The notes below the pieces were generated by a model. It was not told where the DNA came from. It ran no database searches and saw nothing but the letters and a program-made list of their open reading frames with translations. From the NCBI GenBank assembly GCA_965248755.1, contig OZ252149.1, forward strand, positions 3,136,001 through 3,200,000: a DNA stretch of 64,000 nt, in the 5' to 3' direction. Each line of letters opens with the position of its first letter. The first letter of the stretch is position 1. The translations under genes were made by a program, and so were the position numbers. The stretch is from Candidatus Latescibacterota bacterium (GTDB lineage: Bacteria; Latescibacterota; CBDEFO01). Shown here one piece after another: positions 38,504 to 49,751 of the stretch.

Positions 38504-41500
38504 CTAACACACCAATGAGACAGCCCTCTTTATGTAAGCGGCAACGTCATCTATAAGCGAATATATAGTCGGAGCGATTACGAGTGTCAGAAATGTGGAT
38601 GTGGTGAGACCCGCTATTATCACAAGCCCTACAGGCGCCCAGAAGGCGTCTCCACCTTCGGCAGTCCCCAAAATTAGAGGGGTCACCATCGGCAGAAGTC
38701 CCAGTATGGTCGTCACCGATGTCATAAGGATCGGTCTGAGCCTGTTCTGTCCCCCTCTTATTATGGCGTCTCTCTTCGGCATCCCCTCTCTCCTTAGATG
38801 ATTTATATGATCTATCAGCACAATTCCATTATTTACCACCAGCCCAAAGAGGATCAGTAGCCCCATAATTCCCATCGGATCCAATGGCCTCCGCATAAGG
38901 AGCAGAACCCCGCAGACGCCTATGAGTGAAAAGGGTATCGAGAACATTATGGTGAAGGGGTGAGAGTAGGACTCAAATAGCGACGCCATGATGATGTAAA
39001 TGAGCGCCGCAGACAGAAGCAAGGCGAAGTTGCTGCCGACATCCATCTCCAGAGTCCTCCTGTAGTTTTCGCCCATCTGCCACGTATATCCGGAGGGGAA
39101 CGCCGCACTCTTCAGCCTCTCTTCGATCTTCCTGCCCGCCGCATACATCCCCATCCTCTCCGGGGTGTTGGCAAAGACATTCACGATAGTCTTCCTGTCC
39201 TCCCTCCTTATGGCCGTTGGACCTTTTTTATGCTTAAATGCCGCCAGACTCCCGAACGACACCATCTCCCCGCGGCTATTTTCGAACATCGTGTTCTTAA
39301 GCTGTTCCAGATTAGCCCTGTCCTCTTCCTTAAGCTGGACAGTTATGTCTATCTCCCCGTCTTCGGTCTTATATGTAGTCCCTCCCCTTGTCCCTAAAGC
39401 CTCGGAGATAGTCCTTGCAACCTGCATCGGGGAGAGCCCATATCGGCTTGCCTTTTCTCTGTGCACCCGCACCTGAATCTCCTCCTCTCCCCTCTCAAGG
39501 CTCGTATCTATGTCCTCAATTCCCTCTATGTCGGAAAGTCTATCCTTCACATTCTCCGCCAGCATCTTCAGTACCGACGTGCTCTTCCCCTTTATGTCCA
39601 CCGATACCCCTATGTTTCCTCCCCTGCCTCGCATCCTCTCCATCTTGAACTTAACGCCTGGGATCACAGGAAGCATGGATTTTACTTCGTTCTTAACGTG
39701 CATAGTCGAGCGCTGGCCTTCTTCCGCAAGATGCAGCGTCATTCTCCCGCTCCGTGCTCTGAAATTTGCAGAGAGATTCTCCAACTCCAACTCGTCTTTC
39801 TTCTTAAGGATCAGCTCCTCCAACTTTGTGAATAGACCTAATGCATCCTCTTCGGTGTAGTGCCTCGGCAGTTCCACAGTTATATCCACCTGACGTGGCG
39901 GAACCCAGGGGTTTGGAAGCCGATCTATCTGGCTTAAAAGATAGAGAAACATCCCTGTGATAACTAAAGCCACAGCTATAGTCGTCTTCCTGAACTTCAA
40001 AGTCCAGCCTATGATGGAGGTGTATTTCGCTGTCAGCCGTACCAGAAAGCGACTGCGCTCTTTTTCGGCTCCCTTAAACATCCGTGAGGAGGCCAGAGGG
40101 ATCAAAGTCAGCGCCACAAATAAAGATGATACTAAAGCCGCACATATCGTGATCCCGAAATCTTTCATCCATATCATAAGCCTGTTATCTCCTAAGAAGA
40201 TAAGGGGCACAAACACGCAGATAGTCGTGGCTGTAGCTGCCATCACGGCAGTCCCCACCTCTCTGCTGCCCAATAGAGCCGCACCTCCCGCATCTAACTT
40301 CTCATCCTGCCTCTTTCTGAATATACTCTCCAAGACCACAACTGCGGGGTCAACCAACATCCCCACAGCCAGCATCAACCCCATTGTAGAGACTAAATTG
40401 ATCGTTATGGTGGAATTGAAAAAGACCCTCGCCATATACATAAACATAAAGGCGCACAGGACAGATATCGGGATAGACAAACATATAATGAGCGTGCTCT
40501 TTACAGAGCGCAAAAATAAGAGGATCACCGCGACGACAAGGACGCCTCCCAGAAGTCCTGAATCCCTGAGCGTGTTCAGCCTATCTATAATCCCCTTCGA
40601 TTCGTCCCTGTAGATATGGATGTTGAGCCTGTCTTCCCCGACATCTGATCTGATCTTATCCAGAGCCGATCTTACCTTTCCGGAAACCCGGACCATATTG
40701 GCGGTCGAAGCCTTGTAGACCTGAATAGATATAGCATTATGCCCGTTTAGCTTCTGAAAGGACCTCTTTATCGGGTAGTCGTAGCTGACCTTTGCTAAGT
40801 CTGAAAGCACTATATTCTTACCCGGTATCGGCATCTGGGAGATCTCTTTTATACTTTGAAATTCTCCTATCGAGCGTATGGAAAATTTCCGCCCGCCGTC
40901 TATCACTTCTCCCAGAGACAGGTTTATATTATTCCTCCTCAAAAGACGGTTCAGAACGGAAATATCCACATTGTGAGCCTGAAGGAGTCCCTGATCTAAC
41001 TCCACCAGAAGTTCCTTCTTATCGAGTCCACTCACGTCCACGTTGGCTACGCCGTCTATCCTTAAGAGTCGAGGCTCGATCATATCCTCAACGCTTGAGT
41101 AGAGTTTCTCCTTTGATCCTTCAAAGGCGACGCTGAACCTCATTATGGGCCTGTCTGTCGTCTGCCATCTGTGGATGCGTATCCTTTCTACGTCCTCAGG
41201 CAGTTCCGCCCTTACCTGATCGAGCCTGTCCCTGACCTCCAGCGCCATTAAGTCCATATCTGTCCCGAACTGGAACTCCAAGCTTACGGAAGAATTAGAC
41301 CTCGATGACGATGAATTCATCTTTTTGAGCTTGCCGAGCGTCCCCATGGCGTCCTCTATGGGGATGGTGATAAGCTCCTCCACTTCCTCGGGAGACGAAG
41401 AACTGTAAGGCACAGAGATCCTTATGCTGGGCCACGACATCTCAGGGAAGAACATCAGTGGGAGGCGATATATCGAAATTATCCCCAGGACGATCAGGCT

Positions 41501-41557
41501 TAAGATCACCATCACGGTGGTGATCGGTCTTTCTATGCAGAATTTGGAGATGTTCAT
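38504..41557 (-). CDS. RND efflux permease (AcrB family)
   Basis: IERPIT, GMLVDPAVVVLE, GLVVNNGIVLID, RLRPILMTS; start MNISK. Confidence 0.95.
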   Translation of the reverse strand: MNISKFCIERPITTVMVILSLIVLGIISIYRLPLMFFPEMSWPSIRISVPYSSSSPEEVEELITIPIEDAMGTLGKLKKMNSSSSRSNSSVSLEFQFGTDMDLMALEVRDRLDQVRAELPEDVERIRIHRWQTTDRPIMRFSVAFEGSKEKLYSSVEDMIEPRLLRIDGVANVDVSGLDKKELLVELDQGLLQAHNVDISVLNRLLRRNNINLSLGEVIDGGRKFSIRSIGEFQSIKEISQMPIPGKNIVLSDLAKVSYDYPIKRSFQKLNGHNAISIQVYKASTANMVRVSGKVRSALDKIRSDVGEDRLNIHIYRDESKGIIDRLNTLRDSGLLGGVLVVAVILLFLRSVKSTLIICLSIPISVLCAFMFMYMARVFFNSTITINLVSTMGLMLAVGMLVDPAVVVLESIFRKRQDEKLDAGGAALLGSREVGTAVMAATATTICVFVPLIFLGDNRLMIWMKDFGITICAALVSSLFVALTLIPLASSRMFKGAEKERSRFLVRLTAKYTSIIGWTLKFRKTTIAVALVITGMFLYLLSQIDRLPNPWVPPRQVDITVELPRHYTEEDALGLFTKLEELILKKKDELELENLSANFRARSGRMTLHLAEEGQRSTMHVKNEVKSMLPVIPGVKFKMERMRGRGGNIGVSVDIKGKSTSVLKMLAENVKDRLSDIEGIEDIDTSLERGEEEIQVRVHREKASRYGLSPMQVARTISEALGTRGGTTYKTEDGEIDITVQLKEEDRANLEQLKNTMFENSRGEMVSFGSLAAFKHKKGPTAIRREDRKTIVNVFANTPERMGMYAAGRKIEERLKSAAFPSGYTWQMGENYRRTLEMDVGSNFALLLSAALIYIIMASLFESYSHPFTIMFSIPFSLIGVCGVLLLMRRPLDPMGIMGLLILFGLVVNNGIVLIDHINHLRREGMPKRDAIIRGGQNRLRPILMTSVTTILGLLPMVTPLILGTAEGGDAFWAPVGLVIIAGLTTSTFLTLVIAPTIYSLIDDVAAYIKRAVSLVC

Positions 41558-41673
41558 CGTTTCCCCGTTAACGATTTTGTCAACTTGCAGTGTAGATGCC
41601 GCTTCTTTTTTGCTTTGTTGAAGTAACAAAAAACATCGTCACCGCACGCATGCATGGGTGTGTTGTCTGTTTA

Positions 41674-41960
41674 TTAGTCGTCTATTTCTAAGTCGTCTGT
41701 TATAATGTAAGGACAGGTCAGATCTGACCTGTCTTGAGCCTGTAGAACAGATATTACCGCGTTGCGGCCCAGACCCGGATATTTTATAGTTACAAGACCG
41801 GCATCCTTGAGTTCCTGCAATCTCCTCTTTACAGTAATCTCAGATTTGCCGAGGAGCTGGGCTATTCTCTTAAGCCCTAAAGAACAGCCGCCGCCGTCTC
41901 CCGGGTTCCACACCAGGATAGTAGCATACAAAACCTTGGCCGAGGCAGTCCATCGTACGC
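41674..41960 (-). pseudogene. Winged-HTH fragment (mobile-element replication-protein-like)
   Basis: SAKVLYATI...IAQLLGKSEITVKRRLQELKDAGLV; upstream frame disrupted. Confidence 0.45.
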
Positions 41961-42085
41961 ATCCAATACCTCCGCCCTAACCCCGCCGTGCCAGGAGTGC
42001 ACGTTGACGTGCAGACGTACTATCGCGATTAATCAACAACACTAAAACACTCTTGCTGCCGCTATTAGTTGTAACTAAGTCATTC

Positions 42086-43190
42086 TCAATCACCATCTAA
42101 ATCCGCACCGAACGCTGATGCGGGATCACTTCCAACATCATAGTCCACCTTAGGTGCAAATGTCGCATCTCCATTATTCAACAGTACTGACACATTATTG
42201 CTGTTCCAATTAGCCACAGCCAAGTCATTATCTCTATCACCATCTAAATCCACACTGAAGACTGAATAGGCGCCATCACCAGCGTCATAGTCCACCTTAG
42301 GTGCAAATGTCCCATCTCCATAATTCAACAGCACTGACACAGTATTGCTGTTATAATTAGCAACAGCAAGGTCATTAACTCCATCCCCATCTAAATCCAC
42401 ACTGAAGACTGAAATGGGATTAACCTCAACGCTATAGTCCACCTTGGTTGCAAATGTCGCATCTCCATTATTCAACAGCACTGAGACATTATTGCTGTTC
42501 CAATTAGCCACAGACAAGTCATTATCTCTATCACCATCTAAATCCACACTGAAGACTGAATAGGGATTAACCTCAACGCAATAGTCTACCTTAGGTCCCA
42601 AAGTCCCATCTCCATTATTCAATAACACTGATACATTATCGCTACCAAAATTAGCCACAGCCAAGTCATTATCTCCATCACCATCTAAATCTGCAATGCA
42701 TACTGACCAGGGCGTATTCCCCGTGTCATAGTCCCCCTTAGCGACAAATGTCCCATTTCCATTATTCAACAACACTGACACAGTACTACTGGTCTGATTA
42801 GCCACAGCTAAGTCATTATCTCCATCACCATCTAAATCAGCACTGAAAACTGACTGGGGAGCATCTCCAACAGTATAGTCCACCTTAGGTGTGAATGTCC
42901 CATCTCCATTATTTAACAATACTGATACAGTAGTGCCTGTGCCAGTACCCCAATTATCCACAGCCAGGTCATTATCTGCATCTCCATCTAAATCTGCACT
43001 GAAAACTGAGAGGGGACCATCTCCAGTGACATAGTCCACCTTAGGTGTGAATGTCCCATCTCCATTATTCAACAACACTGATACAGTATTGCTGCCCGCA
43101 TTAGCCACGGCCAAGTCATTATCTCCATCTCCATCTAAATCTGCACTGAAGACTGAACTGGGCTTAGGCCCAGTGATAACGTCCACAAAA
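42086..43190 (-). pseudogene. FG-GAP/VCBS repeat segment (7 repeats plus a truncated eighth)
   Basis: DLDGDGDNDLAVAN...VSVLLNNGDGTF repeats; no start or signal peptide of its own; stops mid-repeat. Confidence 0.7.
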
Positions 43191-44094
43191 AAAAGGGTAA
43201 TACTTGAAATACCAACAAAACCGATCGAAACGATATAAACCAGAATGAAGAGAAACGTTTTGAAAGCAGCGGGGGAATTGAATAAATTCTCTCCCATGTC
43301 TGTTCAACAAGCAATGACAAATCCTTTAAAGTTTTTCGCCCTACCGATGTATTATAGTTTAAGCTTTGTCTGATCTGTCTTATGATTTCAGTGTTGAGAG
43401 TCAAAGAGGCAATATCGTCTTTTGATAAATCTTTTCTAATATCTCTTGCTGCTTTTGAGGTGAAGTATGAGTTTCGCAAAGACAATAGGACTACAACGGG
43501 CATGACGAGAAGAATCCAAGCTTCCAAGGATACTGCAATTCCTATAAGCAGCAGGGATGTAACAACTTTAAAAATCACATCTATTACGTAATTTCTTGAA
43601 AATATAATTGAATCAAAGTATCTACCACCATCCAGGGGGTATATTGGCAATAAATTGAAACCATTTATCCAGATGAACATCCAAGAGGCATCCAAGTAGA
43701 GTTTGTCCTTCGTTATGGCATATGCAATCACTAAAATAAGCCCAATAATAAGGCCAGGCAACGGGCCCGCAATTGAAACTAATGCCTTTTTTGAAGAATT
43801 TGGAGTTTGTTCTTTTCCAGAAACAGCTGCACCTATGAAGGGCAAGAAAAACATCTTTACATCAGAATATTTGAATAGTTTCATAGCCAAAAAATGACCA
43901 GCTTCATGAACAAACAGAACAACAATAAGAATTGCTAGTTCTTTAGGTGAGAATTTGATTAGGCCAGCACCTGCAAATGCAATAAGAGATATGACAAGGA
44001 TAAAGAGATTATTCAGGGTCCCTGAATTTTTTCCTGAAGGATTGTTTATTTCGTTTAGAACATCTTCATCAGGAATCTGTGTCAATTGTGGCAT
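43135..44094 (-). CDS. Site-2 protease (peptidase M50), probably frameshifted near the 3' end
   Basis: HEAGH, AGP, FNLLPIYPLDGG; GAGGAG RBS. Confidence 0.88.
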   Translation of the reverse strand: MPQLTQIPDEDVLNEINNPSGKNSGTLNNLFILVISLIAFAGAGLIKFSPKELAILIVVLFVHEAGHFLAMKLFKYSDVKMFFLPFIGAAVSGKEQTPNSSKKALVSIAGPLPGLIIGLILVIAYAITKDKLYLDASWMFIWINGFNLLPIYPLDGGRYFDSIIFSRNYVIDVIFKVVTSLLLIGIAVSLEAWILLVMPVVVLLSLRNSYFTSKAARDIRKDLSKDDIASLTLNTEIIRQIRQSLNYNTSVGRKTLKDLSLLVEQTWERIYSIPPLLSKRFSSFWFISFRSVLLVFQVLPFFLWTLSLGLSPVQSSVQI

Positions 44095-44211
44095 TGTAGC
44101 TCCTCACCTGTATCTTGAACAGTTGGTTCTTGAGTAGATGGCTGATTTTCCACAAGCATTACAGAACTTTGCTCTATCAACCCAGCCCTCACAGCAAACA
44201 CGTTCGTTCCT

Positions 44212-47200
44212 CTATCTTGCCTCCCTTTCAAGGATGGAGTAGACCGTAGGGATCAGGATTAAAGTCAATAGTGTAGAAGTTATCAGACCACCTATGACAG
44301 TTATCGCCATGGGTGCTCTGATTTCTGCCCCCTCTCCGAATCCGAGCGCCATCGGCAGCAGTGCCAGCACAGTTGTGGATGTCGTCATCAGGATCGGTCT
44401 CAGCCGCACCTTTGCCGCCTCTATGATGGCCTCCATCTTGGACATTCCCTCGTCTCTGTAGAGATGGTTAGTATAATCTACCAGAACGATGGCGTTGTTT
44501 ACGACGATGCCCGCAAGCATAATGACGCCTATGAGCACGACTACGCTTACGGTCCCACCTGTGATGTAGAGCGCGGCCACAACGCCGATTATGGCAAAGG
44601 GGATCGAAAACATAATCACGAGTGGATGCAATAGCGACTCAAACTGTGACGCCATAATCAAATAGACCAAAAATACCGCAAGTAAGATGGCAAACTGCAT
44701 GCTTTCGAAGGACTCCGACATCTCTTTGTTCTGTCCCCCCACAAATATGGAGAAATCTCCGGGGACTATACCTTTTCTATACAGCCGGTCAATCTCTTCT
44801 TCTATCTCCTCCACTACACTCCCCAAATCTCTCCCTGATAGATTAGCCGACACGAGGGATGTCCGCTCCTGATTTACTCTCCTAATCTCGGCAGGGCCCC
44901 TTTCCAATTTCACATCAGCCACAGCGTAAAGAGGGATAGGCACAACCTTTTCCTCGAAAGATCCTGCGTCAGACGGGGTGGACTGACCCACCGATACACC
45001 CGTTGTGCTATTATTTACCGTAAGTCTCTTTATATCGTCTATGTTCCTTCTGTACTCCTCCTTCGCCCGTACTCTTATATCTATCTTCCTGTCCTTCATT
45101 GAAAGCTCTGTTGGGACTTCTCCCTGAATCTTATTCCTTATGATATGTGATACAGTGCTTATATCGAGCCCTAAAGACGCCAATTTTCGCCTGTTAAATG
45201 TGATCTGGATTTCGGGATTTCCACTCTCGGCGCTCGATTTTATGTCCGTCAGCCCCGAAATGTTGGACATTCTGAAAGACAGCTCCTTTGAAAGTTCCTG
45301 TAAGGTCTTTAGATTGTAGCCTGAGATCTCCACTTCAACGGGCGTCTTGAAGCTGAAGTACGCAGGTCTTGAGAACTTGTGCTCCAGGGCCGGGATCTGG
45401 TTGAATCTGTGCCTTAATCTATTCATAATTGCCTCTTCACCTTCTCTATCTATTTCCCTGGATAGTCTTACGTTGATCTGAGCGATATTTTCCCTCTCCT
45501 CCGACCCCCCTGACTCGCCGACAGAGCCGACTGTCGTATAGATAGTCTCGATCTGGCCGTCTAACTCCTTTATCATCTTCTCCATGCCTTCTGTGCGCTC
45601 ATTTGTGGCGTTCAACGGCGTCCCGACGGGCAACTTCACGTTTACAAAAAGTTCCCCCTGACTCATCTCGGGAATAAGCTCTGTCCCTAAAAGCTGAATA
45701 GAATAGACGGACAGGGCAAGTAGACAAGCCGAACAGATTATCACCACCGTCCTGTTATATAGTGCCCATCTTAAGAGACCGGGATACTGGTCTCTTGCGT
45801 AGCCAAAGGCTCTATCAAAGATGAGATGTAAGGGATATAGTACCGCATTGATCCCTCGTCCCAGGATGAGGAATAGGCCCTGTATGGATCGTAAGAACGC
45901 ACCTAACTTCGGAGGAGACTCATTGTCGGGATTCGCCTTTGATCTCAACTGCACGCTGGATAGCATAGGTATCACCGTTAGAGCCACGCCGAGGGAGGCT
46001 AAGAGGGAGAACGTCACGGTGAGCGCCTGATCACGGAATAGCTGTCCTGCTATTCCCTCCACAAACACTATCGGGGCAAAGACGCATATTGTGGTCAGCG
46101 TCGAAGCTGTCACAGCCTTTCCAACTTCGCTTGCTCCTAAATTGGCCGACTCCAGGATGGAATGACCCCTGTCTTTGTATCGCTGGATGCTCTCCAGGAC
46201 CACGATGGAGTTATCTACAAGCATTCCGATGCCTAAAGCCAGTCCTCCCAATGACATTATGTTCAGAGATACGTCGAACAGGTACATCAAGAAGAACGTC
46301 GTTACCACTGAAATTGGGATGGCCAGACTTATGATGCCAGTGCTCCTGGAATTCTTGAGGAAAAGATAGAGCACAAAGATAGCCAATATCCCTCCATATA
46401 TCGCCGTGTTCAGAACCTCTGAGATCGACTGCTCGATGAATCTGGACTGATCGAAGATGACCTCCATATTCACAGACGGAAAGAGCTCTTTCGATTTGAG
46501 CTTCAGGTCCTCCAACTTGTCCCGAACTTGCTTTGCCACGGTGGCAGTATTGGCATCCGCCTCTTTATAGACTGCGACCTCCACGCTCTCCTGTCCGTTT
46601 ATCTTTGTAATTATGTTCCTCTCCTTGTGCCCCCTTTTGACCAGAGCTACGTCTTTAAGTGTTATGACAGCTCCGTTTTTCCATCCTATTACAATATCCT
46701 GGATCTCATCTACCGATCTGAACTGATTCAGAGTCCTGACGATATACTCTGCTTCGCCGTCTTTTAGGAGTCCTCCCGCCAAGTTGACATTCTCCTGGGA
46801 TAGCCTGTCTGCAACCTGTGTGATCGGAATCTGTAAGCTTGCAAGCTTTCCCGTGTTTACTTCGACATTTATCTCCTCTTCCAATCCGCCGTTTACTTTT
46901 ATGGCGGCCACACCTTCCAATCCCTCAAGTTCCTGTTTTATATCGTCTTCGGCAAAGAGGCGCAGGGCAACAAGACTTTCGTTTCCGTAGATTCCGATCC
47001 TCATAATCGGGTCCAGAGACGGATCGAACCTTAAGAGAAGCGGCTTCTCGGCATCTCTGGGAAGGTTTACTAAATCCAGCTTCTCCCTTATATCCAGAGA
47101 CGCAAAGTCCATATTCGTTCCCCAGTCGAATTCAACCATAACGTCCGAATTTCCGGGTCTTGAGGCGGAGCTGACTCTCACCACGCCATTTACGACTCCG

Positions 47201-47412
47201 ACAGCTTCCTCTATGGGTTTGGAGATCAAGTTTTCCACCTCGCCCGGAGCCGTGCCTGGATATTCGGTTCTTACGGTCAGGGTCGGATACGTTATATCGG
47301 GCAGAAGGTTTACGGCTAATCTGTCGAACGACACCCATCCGAACAGCACTGCCGCCGCCACGAACATCGTCACAGTGACCCTTCGCCTTGTGGAAAACTG
47401 GACTATCTTCAT
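44212..47412 (-). CDS. RND efflux permease (AcrB family)
   Basis: GMLVDNSIVVLE, AGIVVNNAIVLVD, RLRPILMTT. Confidence 0.96.
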   Translation of the reverse strand: MKIVQFSTRRRVTVTMFVAAAVLFGWVSFDRLAVNLLPDITYPTLTVRTEYPGTAPGEVENLISKPIEEAVGVVNGVVRVSSASRPGNSDVMVEFDWGTNMDFASLDIREKLDLVNLPRDAEKPLLLRFDPSLDPIMRIGIYGNESLVALRLFAEDDIKQELEGLEGVAAIKVNGGLEEEINVEVNTGKLASLQIPITQVADRLSQENVNLAGGLLKDGEAEYIVRTLNQFRSVDEIQDIVIGWKNGAVITLKDVALVKRGHKERNIITKINGQESVEVAVYKEADANTATVAKQVRDKLEDLKLKSKELFPSVNMEVIFDQSRFIEQSISEVLNTAIYGGILAIFVLYLFLKNSRSTGIISLAIPISVVTTFFLMYLFDVSLNIMSLGGLALGIGMLVDNSIVVLESIQRYKDRGHSILESANLGASEVGKAVTASTLTTICVFAPIVFVEGIAGQLFRDQALTVTFSLLASLGVALTVIPMLSSVQLRSKANPDNESPPKLGAFLRSIQGLFLILGRGINAVLYPLHLIFDRAFGYARDQYPGLLRWALYNRTVVIICSACLLALSVYSIQLLGTELIPEMSQGELFVNVKLPVGTPLNATNERTEGMEKMIKELDGQIETIYTTVGSVGESGGSEERENIAQINVRLSREIDREGEEAIMNRLRHRFNQIPALEHKFSRPAYFSFKTPVEVEISGYNLKTLQELSKELSFRMSNISGLTDIKSSAESGNPEIQITFNRRKLASLGLDISTVSHIIRNKIQGEVPTELSMKDRKIDIRVRAKEEYRRNIDDIKRLTVNNSTTGVSVGQSTPSDAGSFEEKVVPIPLYAVADVKLERGPAEIRRVNQERTSLVSANLSGRDLGSVVEEIEEEIDRLYRKGIVPGDFSIFVGGQNKEMSESFESMQFAILLAVFLVYLIMASQFESLLHPLVIMFSIPFAIIGVVAALYITGGTVSVVVLIGVIMLAGIVVNNAIVLVDYTNHLYRDEGMSKMEAIIEAAKVRLRPILMTTSTTVLALLPMALGFGEGAEIRAPMAITVIGGLITSTLLTLILIPTVYSILEREAR

Positions 47413-47573
47413 CTACAAGTACCCTGTCCCTGTCTACTGTTTTCCATGTGATAGGCGAGATCTCCTCACCTATGTCAGACAAGAATGTCTGACCCACCAC
47501 AAGGAGCACAGAGAGATTTTGCTTTTTCGCCTTTTCCCTGTCTACTGTTTGCTGTCTACTGCCTTTATGCTGT

Positions 47574-48347
47574 CTACCTGTCTTCCGCTTCTCCGGTCAT
47601 AGGGACAAACCTGACGGGAATTATGTTCTTTCTGGTGATGCCCTTTTGGTCTTTGGTCATGAGCACGAGTTCTTGATGCTCCTCGCCCACAGGTATGACC
47701 ATCCTCCCGCCGACCTTAAGTTGATCAATGAGAGGCTGAGGGATGTGGTCTGGCGCCGCTGTGACGATTATGCCGTCAAAGGGGGCATGCTCTTTCCAGC
47801 CCTGATAGCCGTCTCCCCATTTGACGGTTATATTCTTATACCCCATCTTCTCCAGGCGTTCCTGTGCGCTTTCGGCGAGTTCCTTGACTATCTCTATGGT
47901 ATAGACGTCTCCTGCTACCTTGCTTAAGACCGCGGCCTGATAGCCGAGCCCTGTGCCGACCTCCAGGACCTTTGCGCCGTCGGCAGCGGTCGCACCGCTC
48001 TGCAGCTCCAAAAGTTCCGTCATGAAGGCCACTATGTAAGGCTGCGAAATTGTCTGTTCGTGGCCGATAGGTAGGGGAGTATCCTGATAGGCCCTGTCCC
48101 AGTGGGTCTTGGGCACAAATTTATGCCTTGGCACCTTCCTCATCGCATTTAAGACTATCTCGTCCTTCACCCCTCTTGCTATTATCTGATCCTCCACCAT
48201 CTTTGCTCTTTCCTGCGCAAAGTACTTCTCGTCCATCGCGCTCTTCTCCTTGCCATTTCCCGAATTGTAGCATGATTGCAAAGATATAAATGTAAGCATA
48301 ATTAAGATCACAACCTTAGGTTGAATTCCCTTTAATGGGACGCTCAT
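47574..48347 (-). CDS. pcm: Protein-L-isoaspartate O-methyltransferase with hydrophobic N-terminal extension
   Basis: VPRHKF, QTISQPY, VLEVGTG, APFDGIIVTAA, VRFVPM. Confidence 0.95.
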   Translation of the reverse strand: MSVPLKGIQPKVVILIMLTFISLQSCYNSGNGKEKSAMDEKYFAQERAKMVEDQIIARGVKDEIVLNAMRKVPRHKFVPKTHWDRAYQDTPLPIGHEQTISQPYIVAFMTELLELQSGATAADGAKVLEVGTGLGYQAAVLSKVAGDVYTIEIVKELAESAQERLEKMGYKNITVKWGDGYQGWKEHAPFDGIIVTAAPDHIPQPLIDQLKVGGRMVIPVGEEHQELVLMTKDQKGITRKNIIPVRFVPMTGEAEDR

Positions 48348-49717
48348 CGCTCACCACCGCCCCATCTTTCCCTCATCTGTCGGAAGAACTCCTTCTGCTT
48401 TTCTGCGTTACTTTCAAAGTCGGGATCTTTCTTTGCCATCTTATCGTACTCCTTTTTAATCTCAGGGTTTTGAAGCATCCGCTCCTTGATCCTCTTAAAG
48501 ATCTCAGGTGACATCTCTCTGCCTTCTAACTTTCCTTTTTCCCCTTTTGCAGTGAACGTTCCACCTGAGGTGGCCACTTTCATAGTATCTACCTGCAGTG
48601 GATACTCGGCACTCTCCACTACCCGCACGTTCGTCCCGGTTTTGAGCCCCTCATGTCCCGCCGTAATCACCAAGTCTCCCTCACTTAAACCGTTCAGTAT
48701 CTCTATTCTCTGGCCGTCTGCAAAGCCAGGGCTTATTCTCACCTGACGAGCTATACCATGTGCAGTGGTGGTATCGCTCTCGAATACGAAAACGTTGTCC
48801 TCATCCGTCTCAAGGTTTAAGGCTCTCTTGGGGATCACAAGGGCATCGCGGTGGGTCTCTGTGATAATGTTAATTGACGTGAACATCCCTGGCTTCAAAG
48901 GATTCTCCGTGCCGTGCAATCGCTGCGAGTTAGGGATCTCGACGGTTATCTTAACTGTCCCGCTGTGAGCGTCCACCACAGGGCTGACCATCGTTACCTT
49001 GCCGATAAACTCCAGTTCCGGGAGTGCCTCCACGTCTATTTTGGCCTTTTGACCTGGCCTTACCTTTCCTATATCCCTTTCCGGGATATGAATCTTTGCC
49101 AGCAAGGTATCAAAATCGGCGACAGAGAAAAGGTGCTGATTTGTATTCACATTTGCCCCGACGTCCACATTTCTCATTGTTATGATCCCGGATATAGGAG
49201 ATGCAATATCGGTGTACTCCAACTTAAGCTTTGCGACTTCTAACTGCGCGTAAGCCCTGTCCACACTGTACTTATCGCTTTCGTACTGTTGATCGCTTAT
49301 CAGTTTCTTCCTGTACATCTCCTCTGATCTTTTGAAGTTCTTCTGTGCGTCCAGCAGTATCATCTGTGCCTGTATCATGCCCAACTCTATTTCCCTTTTG
49401 TCTAACTGCGATAACAACTGCCCTTCAGCAATCTTGTCGCCCTCCTCAACCAGGAGACGAGTTACCAGCCCTGAGGCCTTTGAGATCACCTGAACGTCCC
49501 TTTGAGCCTCCAGCGTCGTAGTCGTCAGTATGAAGCTATCTATGGCCTCTCTTTTGACCTTCTCGACTTTCACGGGCACAGCGGCCGCAGCGCCTCTCTC
49601 CGGAAAGTTGCCCCTGCTCCAAAAGTTTCTCCCTCCTTTCGAATTTTCGTCCTTCTCACAGCTTAATGACGTGATCAGAAAAATGAGCAACATTGACGTC
49701 CATAAAGAACGGCTCAC
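48344..49717 (-). CDS. RND periplasmic adaptor (MFP), probable lipoprotein
   Basis: SLSC lipobox-like, LVEEGD, SPISG, LKPGMF, GLSEGD. Confidence 0.92.
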   Translation of the reverse strand: MSRSLWTSMLLIFLITSLSCEKDENSKGGRNFWSRGNFPERGAAAAVPVKVEKVKREAIDSFILTTTTLEAQRDVQVISKASGLVTRLLVEEGDKIAEGQLLSQLDKREIELGMIQAQMILLDAQKNFKRSEEMYRKKLISDQQYESDKYSVDRAYAQLEVAKLKLEYTDIASPISGIITMRNVDVGANVNTNQHLFSVADFDTLLAKIHIPERDIGKVRPGQKAKIDVEALPELEFIGKVTMVSPVVDAHSGTVKITVEIPNSQRLHGTENPLKPGMFTSINIITETHRDALVIPKRALNLETDEDNVFVFESDTTTAHGIARQVRISPGFADGQRIEILNGLSEGDLVITAGHEGLKTGTNVRVVESAEYPLQVDTMKVATSGGTFTAKGEKGKLEGREMSPEIFKRIKERMLQNPEIKKEYDKMAKKDPDFESNAEKQKEFFRQMRERWGGGER

Positions 49718-49751
49718 CTGAATCTCCTTTCTTTCCTCAGATAGTGGATGA

